A stretch of 56,508 nucleotides of DNA, the filler included, from Sphacelaria rigidula (Eukaryota): NCBI GenBank assembly GCA_964200075.2. It is 6 parts of 6 records of this genome, joined end to end, with 100 filler letters (N's around TTAATTAATTAA, not from the genome) between each part and the next. Parts side by side here need not be neighbours in the genome. Positions count along the whole stretch, not along the records: positions 37,743 to 47,075 come from CAXNAA020008727.1; positions 47,176 to 56,508 come from CAXNAA020008728.1; 4 more parts are not named here. One strand, written 5' to 3'. The translations under genes were made by a program, and so were the position numbers. Shown here one piece after another: positions 37,643 through 50,701 of the stretch (positions are counted from its first letter, which is position 1; every line of letters starts with the position of its first letter). Under the pieces are notes generated by a model. That model was not told where the DNA came from and made no database searches. It was given only the letters and a program-made list of their open reading frames with translations.

Positions 37643-38099
37643 NNNNNNNNNNNNNNNNNNNNNNNNNNNNNNNNNNNNNNNNNNNNTTAATTAATTAANN
37701 NNNNNNNNNNNNNNNNNNNNNNNNNNNNNNNNNNNNNNNNNNGGGGGGGGGGCAAAAGCTGTCACGAAGAGATGACCACATAGCGGATGAAGATGGTGAG
37801 TGGCTTCAGAAACCAGTTGTTGAAATTTCCTGTGAAGAATGAAGATATAGCGGATTCGAAAGACCAGAGACCAGGTCAGCACACCTCACATGCCGATTTG
37901 CCATTGGTTCCCGTTGCATTTTTCTGAGGGGAGGGGGGGGGGGGCTATCGCGGCATCAGTCGGTATCAAGTTCACCTGGAAGATAGCTTTTCAGTTTCCA
38001 TCTGCGCGGGCACGGGGGGGTTTATCGAACGGATTTCAGTATTTTTCTTCTTCCTCTCCCCATGAAAGATCTTTGCTCGGCCGGGGCAAAATTACGAGT

Positions 38100-39810
38100 A
38101 CTAATTAGTGAGGAAAATAAACCGGTGGCCAGTTCACCCAATTTCAAGGAGGCCTTACGCATATACGTTTTATAACTTCTCGAGCTTCGATTGTTCGGGG
38201 AGCCTTCGGAGTTCCTGTACCACTTCCACAGCATCATCGCTGTGGGTTGGACATCTGGCGAGATGTCGCAGGAATGGAAATACGCCACTATGAAAGTGCT
38301 ACGCAAGAACGATAGGACCGAGTGTGGCGACTGCAGGGACATCTCCCTCGTGGTATATACTGGTAAGTAAAGTTATCAAAATCGTAGCCAACAGGCTTTG
38401 GTAGCTGTGGCGGGTAGTTGAGGATTCCCCCGGTAGAACAAGGCGGATTCCGGCGCCAACGATCGTCTACGGACATGATTTTCGTGGTACGCCAACTACA
38501 GGAGTTGAGACAGGCGAGCAATGTCCCATTATACATGTTCTTCATCGATCGCCAGAAGGCCTACATTTCCGTAGACCGCATGTTCCTGCGGGAAGTGCTT
38601 GGCCGATTCGGAGTCTCACCGCGGATGATCAAGGTCATCCACATGTTTCACGATGACAGGCGAGCTCGGGTACAGCTGAATGATGGCAAGCTATCAGCGT
38701 GGTCTCACGTCTGCCAGGGACTCAGGCAACGATGCGTCCTGTCCCCCGTATCGTTCGGTATCTAGACGCAGCCTTGGTCGACGTGACCTTGAAGCGATTC
38801 GCGGCAGACCCAGCCATCGCCTCAGACTTGATATATCTAGATGATGCGCCAAAAGGTGACGTTGGTGCACTCTAGGAAGAGACGCCGCAAGAGACGGTGC
38901 GGCAGGCGGTGTGAGGAATGCTATATGCGGATGACGCCGACATAGTCTCGAGGTCTCGAAACGGGTTTTGCTTGAAAGATGGCCATGACGGTGGTGGCCT
39001 GTCAGGAGTTCGGAATGATGGTATCGGAGAGCAAGACAACCCATGCGCCTGTGATCAGTACCCAGTTCCGCAGAGACAGCATTGCACATCAACGCTGCGG
39101 GTCAACGGTATAAGCAGACGGCCATATTTGTCTGTTAACGCGGATGCAAACATTTTCCATCGAAATCAAACGCCGCACCAGCGCCACGTGGGTACGCCTG
39201 CCGAAGAGTAGTTCCTCAACGCTACGATCGGCCCGATGCCGAGGTACCTCGGAACAATCCGACTGTTTGAAGCGGAGGTCGTAAAAGCGATGCCGCACGG
39301 ATATGCTACATGGGAGCTAGCTACGTCGCAAGGACTTCGACAGCCTACGCGTTTCCCACCACAAGCTTTCCCTGCGAGTGGTTGGATTCCGCAGGAAGGA
39401 GGGAAGTGACTACAGGACTCTTTCAGACAGAGATGCGATTAAGATGACCAACGGCGAATATATGGAAACGGCCATCCGCGTGCGCCAACTCTCGTTCGCG
39501 GGGGGGATTATCCTGCAGGACAAAAGACGTGTTCCACTAGCGCATCACGTTCGGACGGTTAGCCGGGCACAAGCACGAGAAGGCCGGCCGACGCTCTTGA
39601 CGCTGGAGGACCACCTCCAGGAGATCGAGCCTACGCGCACTAGGGACTTATCCACGTATAGGAGCACGACGGCGATGGTTGGTCTACGACGGTGTGGAGG
39701 TCAAAGACGTGAACGATTGGGAAACTACTGCGGCGAAGAACATCGGCAAATGGCACCTTGGAGTCGAGAAAAAGGTTCGGAAAACGTGGCGACGGGAAGA
39801 TATACTCCAA
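38100..39810 (+). mobile_element. Decayed RTE-type LINE, RT region
   Basis: EQGGFRRQRSSTDMIFVVRQLQE, FFIDRQKAYISVDR, QGLRQRCVLSP, MLYADDADIV. Multiple frameshifts. Confidence 0.9.
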
Positions 39811-41942
39811 TCGAACCATTGCACACCCTGGACAATATATGGTCAATAGATTCAATAGACGAGAAATGTACTACATAACGTACAGGCCTATTGCAACTAT
39901 TGCCGGCCGACAACAGCCGCAATAGGCCTGTACGTTATGCAGTACGTTTCTTGTCTATTGCAACTATTGACCACATATTGTCCGAGGTGTGAACTATTGC
40001 CATGAACAAGAGGCTGCTCCATCGAGATACGCCAATCGGAGAGCCACCAAGGCTAACACAACGACAGCAACAGCTCGCGAGGAATCCAGAATGGAAGTGA
40101 TAGAAGGGCGTCCCGCTTTGTACCCGACTGGGGATGAGTGGGGGAAGCTGGGTTGAGACGGACACTGATGTACTCCCCTCTTATCTCGTCGGCTCTCGAC
40201 TTCTTCGTTGGCCTGTGGTCTTTCGATGTGCACTGGTTGTGGTTTTGTACATGCCCTCCTATGTCCTTGGCTTTTTATCGCTCCCGTATTTTCTTTTTTC
40301 TCCGTTCTCCACCTCTCGTTCTCTTTTCATCTCCATTTTTCTCGCTGTTTCTGTCCCCGCAATCTTATTCGAGTAGCGATTTGGTGCCTTGCTTCCGTGG
40401 TGCTGATGGGTGAGAGCTCATACCCAAATGGTATTCTCGAAATAGCCGAGCCGCAATCTGCTCCTCCTACGACCTTCTTGTTTTGTTTCGTGTATGAGTG
40501 CGCGTGCTTTTTGCGCAAGGCCTTTTTCACCCCAAGCCATGTTGCGGAGGCTGCTGTGGTTTGGTGCTATCCGGTCCCGGTCCCGCGCCGCCCGGTTTCG
40601 ATGCATTTTTTATTTGATTCGATTCTGGATTGAGTGTTGGCTTTGTTGTTACCACCGAAACAGCTACTGGCATGCCGGCGCGTTGGCGGAGACTTCGATT
40701 CGTTAGTGCAGATTTTGCCGCTTCTTGTGGCCTGGGAAAAATATCTCCAACAAAATGCCTTCTTGCTCGATGCAGCGCCGAGTTGTTTTTGCCGGAATAT
40801 GTGACATGGCGGGTTGTGCAAAAGGGTTTCCTCGATCTTCCGTGCGCCCACCTAAAGTTTTGGCCGTGATCGAATATACTCGCACTTGGCCTATGGTGAC
40901 ACATGTTGGATGATGGCAAAGTGATGAGATTGATTGAAGACGACACAACTAATGATGGTTTGGATGGTGAAACTTCGAAGATTGCGGGAAGTAGGAACGT
41001 TCGGTAAGTCGAAGAATAAAATGTCCCGGAATTGACGTGAATGACTTGCGCTATTCGAAGGCACGCGCTCGTTTTCTGGGATGGCCATGGATTTATTTGG
41101 TGCCTGCCCCCCCCCCCCCCCCCACCCCCCCTCTCACCGGTGCAATTTGGTGTTGGTTTTTGGGACAGTGTTATGAAATCGAATAGTATACTCCGTGGTG
41201 AAAGAGTTTTGGTTGAGATTGGCCTGGTTAGGCTATCTATTTTTCCCAGCAATGCTGAGTGACGCGCAAAGCCACTGATTAGGCCGGACCAGTAGGTTCT
41301 CAAAACTTACTGTTAGGATGTTGGACGTTCTACCAAAAACCACGCGCACAATCAAAAAGAAAGATGATATTTTGGAGGGTGTTTGAGGAATCGATAATTC
41401 GGCCAAGCGTGAAACTGGGCTCACGAAAGATCAGAAAAGTACGCAAATTATATTTTGCAAAACATATTGCCAAACGTTTCCGAGAAGACTCAATCCGCAG
41501 ATGCCAATATTCCGGTAGAAATCGGCGCTGATAGCCCAGTATGGTATACCACAAAAGGCGTTTTTACTGAGAATACCACCTCACTGGGAAGATGAGACAC
41601 TCAGCGTACATGTAATGGGAAGCTTCGGCGTCGACCACATCGCCGACAGTTGGGGTTCTGGGGGTACCTCTTCGAGATGCCCCGGCACATGGAATTTTAT
41701 GGCAGTGTGGGCATGGGCCTTGCATATGGAGGAGATCGAGGTAGGGTGTACACCGCCCCGGGGATCATACTCCGTATAGCACCCACGGTATGACGGCACG
41801 TGAGTTGAGATGGAAATATGAGCGCAAATAGCTAGGAGTGTGTTTGGTTGTAGGATCGAATAGGTCTTCGTGCGATAATTCATGGATTTCAATGTGCTGA
41901 TGGTCTATCTTTGTGTGCATTTTGCGGCGGAGCGCTTCCGTG

Positions 41943-42801
41943 GTGTCATGATTCATCCCTGTCGGCATGCAATCACATGTGGTGGAACACTGTAAACGTT
42001 GATATGTGTCATGATTCATTCCTCTCGGGGCTCATCACGTATGATGTAACTCGCTAATTGTTGCCGCGTGCTGTTACATTCGTGACGATACGATATTCAA
42101 TATAATGTGGTGGATCTGGAAGCTACTGGCCATTACTCGTTCCTGCCGGCATTTGAATACGTGTTACGGAGCACTGTACATGATCCAACGTGTCATATTT
42201 CACTCGTGTCGGCATTTAATCACACACTGGAACAATAAATACTGTTCTGTGTTGTGATTTATTCGTGTCGGAATTGAATCGCATGCGATGGAACACCGTC
42301 AATACTGCCACGCATCATATTCCGTTCATGTCGGCATCCCACCACACAGTAGAACACTGTGAATGCTTTTGCCATGTGTAATTATTCTTTACCGTCGGCA
42401 TTTAATAGCATTCGGCGTAACTACAAGTGCTGCGAAGTGTCACGATTCCCTCATATCGTTAGGTAAATCACATGGCCAGACACTGACTGCTCTGTGTCAT
42501 GATTCAGCCCTGTCGGCATTTAATCACAGATGGTGCAACACAGTAAATACTGCTATGTGTAACAAATCTCACTTATGCCGATGTATATACTAGTCACGTG
42601 TTGGAACACCGTAAGTGTTTCTCCAGTGTGTCGTGATTTATTACTGCTCAGCATCGTGTCACGCGTCGTGGAATACTATAAATCTTGTTGCCATTTGTCA
42701 TGATTCATTCCTGTCGCCATCAAATGACAAGATGGAACACTGTTAAATGTTTGGATATTTTTGCTTTTGTGTCATGGCTCCTTCCTGTAGGCCTTTTAAT
42801 C
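41943..42801. repeat. Degenerate ~62-bp tandem array, about 14 copies
   Basis: Approximate consensus GTGTCATGATTCATTCCTGTCGGCATTTAATCACATGTGGTGGAACACTGTAAATACTGCTAT. TGTCGGCAT-like anchors recur every 58-73 bp. Confidence 0.85.
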
Positions 42802-42940
42802 AAATATGATGAGAAGAAAAAGAAAAAACGTTCTGAATACTTCCAGGGCATCATTGTTTATTTTTGGGGGCATTCAAATGGGAGATGGTAAACAAAAAAG
42901 ACGCCGTAAACGCTACCTACCATGTACCATGATGACGCAG

Positions 42941-43050
42941 GACAATACGCTGAAGTTGTGGGACACGAACAGCAGGAGGTGCGTGAACACGTTGAAGGGC
43001 GCGAGCGAAGCAGTGAGAGACGTCCAGTACAGCACGATGCACGAGTACAG
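42941..43050 (+). CDS. WDR24: WDR24 (GATOR2/SEA2) WD40 protein, internal exon
   Basis: CAG/GT boundaries. DNTLKLWDTNSRRCVNTLKGASEAVRDVQYS matches the WDR24 S-E-S/A-VRDVQF motif. Confidence 0.85.
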
Positions 43051-43057
43051 GTGTGTG

Positions 43058-43060
<3 letters not shown>

Positions 43061-43135
<75 letters not shown>
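43061..43135. repeat. (GA)n microsatellite
   Basis: Direct observation. Confidence 0.97.
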
Positions 43136-43137
<2 letters not shown>

Positions 43138-44297
43138 GAAAGTCATGAAGCGAACCGCTTGTCATGTGCCTGTGTTATTCTGGGGCTGTTTTGCGTGATT
43201 GATGGATTAATCCATTGATTGATGGAGGGGTCTGCTGTGAAGCCAGTCGCGCTGACAAGGCGGGTGCACCCAGCGTAGACACCCCAGAACATAGCAATCG
43301 CTGAAACCCAAGGAGAGGGCCAGAATGGCAAGGATTGAGGAGGGCGGGAAGGAGACATCCAAACAGACAGAACTTTCACAGACGCCAGTCTACGAGCTGC
43401 TGGTAGGAACGTCCTCGACACAAGGAGAAACTTACGGTAGACCCTTGCCAGCTTGGTCCTCGTTGACCGCCCCCTCCCCTCCCCCTCTGGGTCGCCAAGC
43501 CCCCTCAGCTCCTCAGACGGACTCTCGCTGGACCAGAGAACATACAATTTATTAAGTCGAACATTGCGCGTGAGTCAAGCAGTAGGGCACTAGGGACTAC
43601 TGTACAACGATATGTTGTCGTCGGGCGATTGCGGTGGCAACGAGCAGAGGGAGCCTGCTTCCCTACGGCGACGGGGTTACCGGTGTTGTAAGGTCGGACG
43701 GTGATACTGTTCCGAAAAGAGGTCTGGCGCGCTCAAGGGAGTCATTGACCCTTCGCCTGGGGAGCTTTTGGGAACTTTGGTGTGGGAAAGCATTCGTGGA
43801 GGGACATCAAGAGAGTTCTTTTTGCGTTGGTGCATGTGAGCTCGCTGGATCATGAACGTGTCACGAGTCAAATGGTTGACAATAAAAACCAATGTTTGTT
43901 GTTCATGTTTGTGAGCGTTTTGGGCGCGACTCGTTATTTCTGATGAAAAGACTGTGGTCTACACCCCGCGGGCAATGGAGCACGTCGTCAAGAAGTGTAC
44001 TGCGTTCAGTATCGACTGCTGCGTTGATTTCAGTATAAAATCTAGATTGCACACTGTACGCGGTGCACTTTTTGACAATGACATCCATTGCCATCGTCCA
44101 GGATGGATGTGTCTTCGTTCACAGAATGATGTTGTCCGCCTGTGTGTATGCATATATGTATACTGCATAGCAGGTGAGTTTTGTCGTCAGGGTGTTCCCG
44201 GTGCCCCATGTTGACTACCGACCGACGCGTCGTGTGATGGAAGAGGGTAACACATTGGTGCGGTCATGTTTTTTTTTTGCAATGTTCGTTCCGAAAG

Positions 44298-44391
44298 GAC
44301 CGCCGCGGTGTTCGAAACTGGGGTACTGCAAGTGTGGGATACACGCAATTGCTCGCAGCCGGAGCTACGCATCGCTGCACACAACAAGACG
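44298..44391 (+). CDS. WDR24: WDR24, next exon
   Basis: AAG acceptor, GTGAGT donor, phase-compatible with the previous exon. (R)TAAVFETGVLQVWDTRNCSQPELRIAAHNKT resembles FAxxFENGxVQLWDxRxP.....AHNG. Confidence 0.85.
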
Positions 44392-45256
44392 GTGAGTGCT
44401 TTTATACCGCGCTGACCTTACGACGGTATAAGGTTACACTTTGTGGATAATGGACAGTTTCGGAGACCCTGTCATTATCGCCCCCCCGCTTCCCCTCATC
44501 GCACTGGACGTGTTGGAGGGGGAAGTGTGGAAAGTAAATGGAGGGGGCATGATAACATGTGATACATTAAGGCAGTCGCGAGGAGGCAGTCGGTATACTA
44601 GGAGATGAATGGTGGCCACAGACGGCCAGTCAGGAAGGAGAGAAGATATGTAAAATATTTTTGTGTAATGTATGGACGAAACGTAATGAGCGCCGAAATG
44701 CTGGAGGTGTCTCTGTCAGGAGTAGGAACGGTGCTCCGTCTCGCAAGGCATGCGTGGTCAATGGTTAAACGACTATTATATGGCGAGCAACAAATGAGTG
44801 CCCCCCCGACACCGCCTGGTCCGGTGAAAAACTTGGCGTGCCCCGTCCCGGCTTTGCAGGCATGCGAGGTCAATGGTCTTTCGGCGACGGCATGCAAGAT
44901 CATGAGTACACCCCCTTATCGAAACGTCCCCAAGTGTAAATCGAATCAACTGGGTTGTTGTTAACGCACATTCTCCTTAGTTCGGGCGTGATGGAGTTAG
45001 TTCTTCAGGTGTTGGGGGAAGCAAAAATGGTCTCCAAGATTGTGTGATCAGTGTGTGTGTGCGTGAGAGAGAGAGCGATGTTTATGCAAACAGGGGGAAG
45101 TCACGTTGAAGATGTTTTTTTTCGGAAACGAGCGGTTCCCGACACGTTTTACCCTTGTTTTATTCTCGAGCTTTGGCTCTCGGTGAGCGGCGTCATCGTG
45201 AAGTGTATCGGGTTTGCCGGCTGATTACTGTTGTTGTAGGGGTCGTTGTTTGTCGT

Positions 45257-45370
<114 letters not shown>

Positions 45371-45574
45371 CGTTATTGTCGTCATTGCTGTCGTTATTGT
45401 TTGCTGTTGCTGTCGTTGTTGTTTTTGTCGCTGGCGCTGTTGTCGAAAATTGTCATCATTTTGTTGTCCTTGAGTCAGCACACGCATTACCTCTGCCCAC
45501 CACATCACCAACAGCACTCACTGCCGAAAAACTCAAAAGACTCACCGGACACAAACGCAAACGCCACGAAACAG

Positions 45575-45862
45575 ACGATGTCGGTGGACTGGAACAAAAG
45601 TACACCATGGCGCCTGGCAACCGGGTGCACCGACGGCACTGTGAGAGTGTGGGATCTGAGCGGCCGGGCTCCGATGTCTGCTGGGGGGCCGTGGTCGTCG
45701 GGGTCGAGTTCTGGTGGTGGCAGTGGAGGTTCTACGGCAGAGTCAGGCGGATCTGCGGCTGGATCTGGATCTTTTGCGCTACCGCCACCGTCAGCCATGC
45801 ACAGTGGAATTTCCAGAATGCAGACGATGGTGCCGATGTGTGTTTTGTACGCGCTTGGTCCG
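45575..45862 (+). CDS. WDR24: WDR24, third exon, with a Gly/Ser-rich insert
   Basis: CAG acceptor, GTGAGA donor, 96 codons. TMSVDWNKSTPWRLATGCTDGTVRVWDL resembles DWHP...WLATGGRDKxVKVWD. Confidence 0.82.
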
Positions 45863-47483
45863 GTGAGAATCAGATATGAGGGGGGATTTTGGGGGAGACT
45901 ATAGGGAGATGGACGGATGGATAGGTGGGCAGACAGGGATGAAAAACGCGCATGGATAAAGAACAAAGCTACTGACTGTGGCAACCAAAAGTAGGAGAGG
46001 GAGAAATGAGTAGATGGTGCAACGAAGCGTGAGAGCATTTTGCTGTTGTGCGCTCGCTCGCGCGAAGTGATCGTTGTGAGTTGGTTGTTTCCCGGATTTG
46101 ATGGGTTAGATCGTTGTACTAGTGTACGTTGATGGAAAACAAAGCTCCCCTTTTTGTGAGTTTTTTCTTATCGGTTCTTATGTGATGCACCAGATCAGTT
46201 ACTAACTATATATTGGTGAAAGTTGCTCCCATTTCTACGAAATGCCACTGTCCAGTCGTGGTAGACTACCCATTATCTTTGCGAGCATATGTAGGTTGGG
46301 GGACGAAAGGTTCCGCAGATCTCTCTCTCCCGTACTCCCTCCATCTCTCTCTGTACCGTTTGCGAGTGACCACAGCAAGGCAGTTCTTGTAATAGGTTTT
46401 TGCCACCAGTTTAATTTTTCCGACCCAAGACTTTTTTGTTTGCTTCGTGGTCTCCTTTTTCGGTATTAAGCAACTTTTCTAGGTAAGAAGATATGGTACA
46501 ATATACGCGTTTGTACAGATATTCGTATGTGAAGATTGGTTATGCTTTTTCTCGATCAAAATTCGTCTTGGAAAACCCAAAAGTGCACACACACCTCCTG
46601 AATGATGACAATAGATCACACTGTCGAGAAGTGTACTGCGTACAGTGTGTCATTTATTGTCTGTTGCAAAAGACGCAATAATCGATACTGTAACACAGTA
46701 CACTTTAGACTGCTTTCTCTGTTGTGCAAAGTGTGCAAAACTGTAATTGCCGTCGTTTCCGGTCGTGGAGAGGAGAGGAGAGCGTAAAGCCATATCTTGC
46801 ACCCACTCCCCTCTCCCCCTTCCCTCAGAAAAGAAGACCTGAAGAAGGTGTGCCATACGTCACGGCTTTTCGAAAACCCTCCCAAGTAAGGTGCCTGGCG
46901 CTATTACAGCCCTTCATGGGAAAGGGCTCGAGTGGCCGAACGACCAAATAAGCGAATCTTTCTTGTTTCGTTGGGGGTTGGGGGGGGGGGGGGGGGGAAC
47001 TTGTTTTTTTTGTGCTTTTGTGTGTTGCTGGTTTACAACGCATCCCCTGGAGAGGGGAGGAGGAGCAACTAACAGNNNNNNNNNNNNNNNNNNNNNNNNN
47101 NNNNNNNNNNNNNNNNNNNTTAATTAATTAANNNNNNNNNNNNNNNNNNNNNNNNNNNNNNNNNNNNNNNNNNNNGAGTTTCCGAAAACGATTTTTTGTC
47201 CTTTCCCAGTGGAACACTCTCAGGATCAGAATGTAACTAAACATTCCCCCCCCCCCCCGTCAGATGTGGTATTCCCTCAACTTTTTTTTTAATGAGTTGT
47301 TTTTTTTGCGCTCTGAAATGACTCAAGAAAGCGTTTCCCGAAACTCTCTCGTGTCCTCTCAACTTTTTTTCGGCAAGGCGTTTTTTTTTTTTTTGCAATT
47401 TTGAAATGACAGCAGAGCGTCGTCCGAAACTCTCTAATAATGGGCCTAACTAACCACCGCTCTCGTGCATGCACACTCATCAG

Positions 47484-47790
47484 TGAGCGACACCGAGAGC
47501 GAGCCGGTAAACTGCACCGTCACGTCCTGGCAGTACGACAACAACGGCACTTGGGACACCGAGCTCTACTATCCCGATGAGGAACCCGTCAACCCTACCG
47601 AATTCCAAGAACTGTTCAGTGCTAACGGCAGCTACCTGCTGGCCGAGCCCGTTCCGGCGTCGGTAGCCGTTGCGTTATCCGATTCGCTCAAGGGCAGGAC
47701 GGTGCAGGTTAACCTGGAGTGTGATACCGAGCAGACAGTGGAAGATGACGATTCGTGTGTGGTCTTTGAACTAGAATTCACCAACTACAG
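47484..47790 (+). CDS. Unknown cell-surface glycoprotein, first visible exon
   Basis: CAG/GTGAGG boundaries. SDTESEPVNCTVTSWQYDNNGTW...LKGRTVQVNLEC...FTNY. The phase-2 end fits the next exon. Confidence 0.85.
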
Positions 47791-48561
47791 GTGAGGAACG
47801 CGAGAGATGAAAGGCATTCATTTTGGATACGGGGTGGTAGGGATGGGGGATGGGGGGGCGGTCAACCAAGAAAACGATCGTGGGTTTGTTGTCCTTGTAC
47901 CGTTGTACTTTGGTGTCCGCGGTTGGGTATGCGCCTTCGATGCGGACTCCCCTCCCCCCCCCCACTCCCCTAACCGGCTTTGTAGGGATGCGAAGTCAAT
48001 AGTCTTATGACTATGGCATGCATGATCATGAGTACACCCCCCTCCCCCTTCCCCTAAGCTATATGGTGAGACAATCAAGAAGGCAGTGTGTAAGCCGTCC
48101 CTGTCTCCGGAAGTGGTGATACCACGAAGTGAAGCGACTCATCACCGGTTGTCATCCATGTTTGAGATAATCAGTAGGGCTCGGGCCGCACAGTCTGAGC
48201 AAGATCCAGCTCACCCTTCGTGCGACTCACCGAACACATGACGGCGGTTCGCGCTTGGTGATTGAGTGCAAGCCTGGTCCGGCGAAAGCCCGACGTGCTC
48301 CGCCCCGGCTTTGTAGGGATGCGATGCCAATGGTCTCATGACTACGGCATGCGAAATCATGAGTACACCCGCCCCGCTTCCATTTTCATTCCGTAAATGT
48401 TTTTTAGTTGCATGCCCTATTTCTTGTACTTTTTTCGTTTTTTGGTCTTTGCCTTTATTTTATTTTATTTTATGGCTCTGCTTTATGTCTTCTTTCCTTC
48501 CTTGTTTTGGAACTTTTCCGCGTATTGTGTTGTTCACATGTTCCTCGTGAGAATCCCACAG

Positions 48562-48754
48562 CCCTATTCCGGAAGTGGGCTCGGCGCTGTTCCGCTTTGC
48601 TGACCCGGCGGTGCCCGCGTTCGAGCTGCCGCCGGCCCAACCCATCTCCCCCGGCGATATCCGGCTGAACCACGACAACCCCATCAGCGATCTTGATGGA
48701 TCCGAGACGTCCACGGCGTGCAATGGAGATATTGTGAGATGTGTTCGCGTCCAG
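48562..48754 (+). CDS. Unknown cell-surface glycoprotein, exon
   Basis: CAG/GT boundaries. (S)PIPEVGSALFRFADPAVPAFELPPAQPISPGDIRLNHDNPISDLDGSETSTACNGDIVRCVRVQ. Confidence 0.8.
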
Positions 48755-48953
48755 GTTGCCTTGTTCTAGAGGTGTACTCGTCAGGCAGTAGTAGCAGCAG
48801 AAACCTGAGATTCAAAGTGCTGCATGTGTCGAGAAGCTTGCAGTGCAGTACAGTTAGCAACCTCCCACTGGTGTCCCGTAACTGCTACTGGCCGTTACGG
48901 TACTTCCACGACGTTTCAGAGAGCAGTACAGCACTAAATTGATACGAAGTATG

Positions 48954-49679
48954 CAAGGGTACGTCGAGTAGAGTATACTCAATACTCAGTATTTTTGAAG
49001 AGTCATACTTTCAGTACTCGAAGGTTTGAGTATTGAGGTCATGCTCAGGCGATACTCTATACTCAAGTATTACCGAGAGTGCTTACTCAATATTTGAGTA
49101 TTGGAGGCCGTACTCAACGTAATCAAAATTTGAGTAAAGCATTTCAGACCATACTCAACGTACTCGAACATTGAGTCGAGTATCGGAGGCCGGGTCCGAT
49201 GTACCAAAACCTAAAACTTCAATGTGTTTCTTCCTCTGGCGACTGTTGCGATGTTTTCCCATCTTGCACTGTTTCCACCGCTGACGCTCCCATAGGAAAG
49301 TCACATATGTGGCCAGTAGAGTCGCTGATTTTGACAATACCTACTCGTCTGCTCGATCACTCCATAATGATGAGTAGCGCTTTGTACTGAAAGTAGTATC
49401 GAAGGCGTTGCGAGGTATCGAGTATGAACTGCCGTGGGTAGGGGCTGGTGAGGTGGGGCGCTGGGGCAGGTAGGTTCGTTCACCGGCACGCTTTTTTTTT
49501 TAATGGTCGTCGTTCGCCCATGCTTTCAACATAGTCTGTCAAGTGACGTCACGAAGTCGCCGACGGTCAGGGGTACTCTTCACTGAAGTATCACTGAGTG
49601 TGTACTCAATATTTGAGTAGAGTATTTGAGGCCGTACACGACGTACTGAAAAGTACATACCTTACTCGACCTACCCCTG
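48954..49679. mobile_element. hAT-type MITE with an 8-bp TSD
   Basis: TIR CAAGGGTACGTCGAGTA ... TACTCGACCTACCCCTG. Flanks GAAGTATG / GAGGTATG match at 7 of 8. Many subterminal TACTCA/TGAGTA motifs. Confidence 0.85.
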
Positions 49680-50572
49680 GAGGTATGGGGTTAGAAGCCT
49701 GCGATGCAGTACACGGAGCAACTTCCCGCTGATGTCCCGTAACTGCTGCTACTGACGATTACGGTACTTCCACGATATTGTGGAGAGTACGTGGTGGTGA
49801 CTTGGTGAGAAGTGTATGTTTTGAAGCCTGTCGTGCAATACGGTCATCAACATCTTGTGTCCCGTAACTGCTACTACTAGCCATTACGGTATTTCCTCGA
49901 TTTTTTTTTTTGATGGCGGAAAAGAGTCGGTGGGCTGAGCTCTCCGTTCCGCTCCGAGCCCTCCCCTCCTTTTTGTCCGGTTAAAATATTTTTTCACGAA
50001 GTGACCGAAACATCACGGAAGCAGTTTGAATCAAGGCCTCTCCGCGCAGCCGCGTTAGCCACAGGAGTGATGCAACGTATAAATTCAACGAACTGGTTGA
50101 GTGAACTGATATCCTTTCCTGCCCCCCTCCCTTCTACAGGGTGCACGGCGCGGTCACAAGTTAATCGCTTCATTGATTTTTTCCCCTTTTTACGAAATCA
50201 ATCACCACCTCATCATTTCGATATTCCTTTTTCAACTCGGACCTAGTCCAGCAACTTGGACTGTCGACAACATATGAATCGACCTTGACGGGAGAGAAAT
50301 TGTTTTTCCGACGAGATGGTCTCGAGTTTTAGCACGTCTGCCCTCCGTTATATTTCTCTATTATGTTGTTGGCCTGCTGTTTATTTCACTTCTTCAACTT
50401 TTTATACCAATTTATTTCTTCGACCACAGGCTGTGGAATACTTACGGTACTCGGTCACTCCTATACCTCATTCGTCTGCAGACGTGGTATTGTTGTCGTT
50501 GTTGTTTCAGACGTATCTTGTTGGCCCTTCTTTTTATTTTTTTTCATGTTTACTTTTCCTCGTGGATCACAG

Positions 50573-50701
50573 GCAGAGTACCTGGGGGAGGACGGAGAGT
50601 GGTACTTCTGGTACACGGGAAGCGACGGTAACATGTACAACCTCACGCACGTCTTCTACGCCGCCAACACATCGCACCTCAACATCGCCACTATCCAAAA
50701 G
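50573..50701 (+). CDS. Unknown cell-surface glycoprotein, exon
   Basis: CAG/GTACAG boundaries, 43 codons. AEYLGEDGEWYFWYTGSDGNMYNLTHVFYAANTSHLNIATIQK. Confidence 0.87.

Noticed and set aside
40527..41303. 258-aa minus-strand ORF
   Set aside because: It runs through a homopolymer tract, has no recognisable motif or splice support, and is antisense to WDR24.
41943..42801. CRISPR-like reading of the 62-bp array
   Set aside because: No invariant repeat, the inter-block sequences are mutually homologous, there are no cas genes, and the context is eukaryotic.
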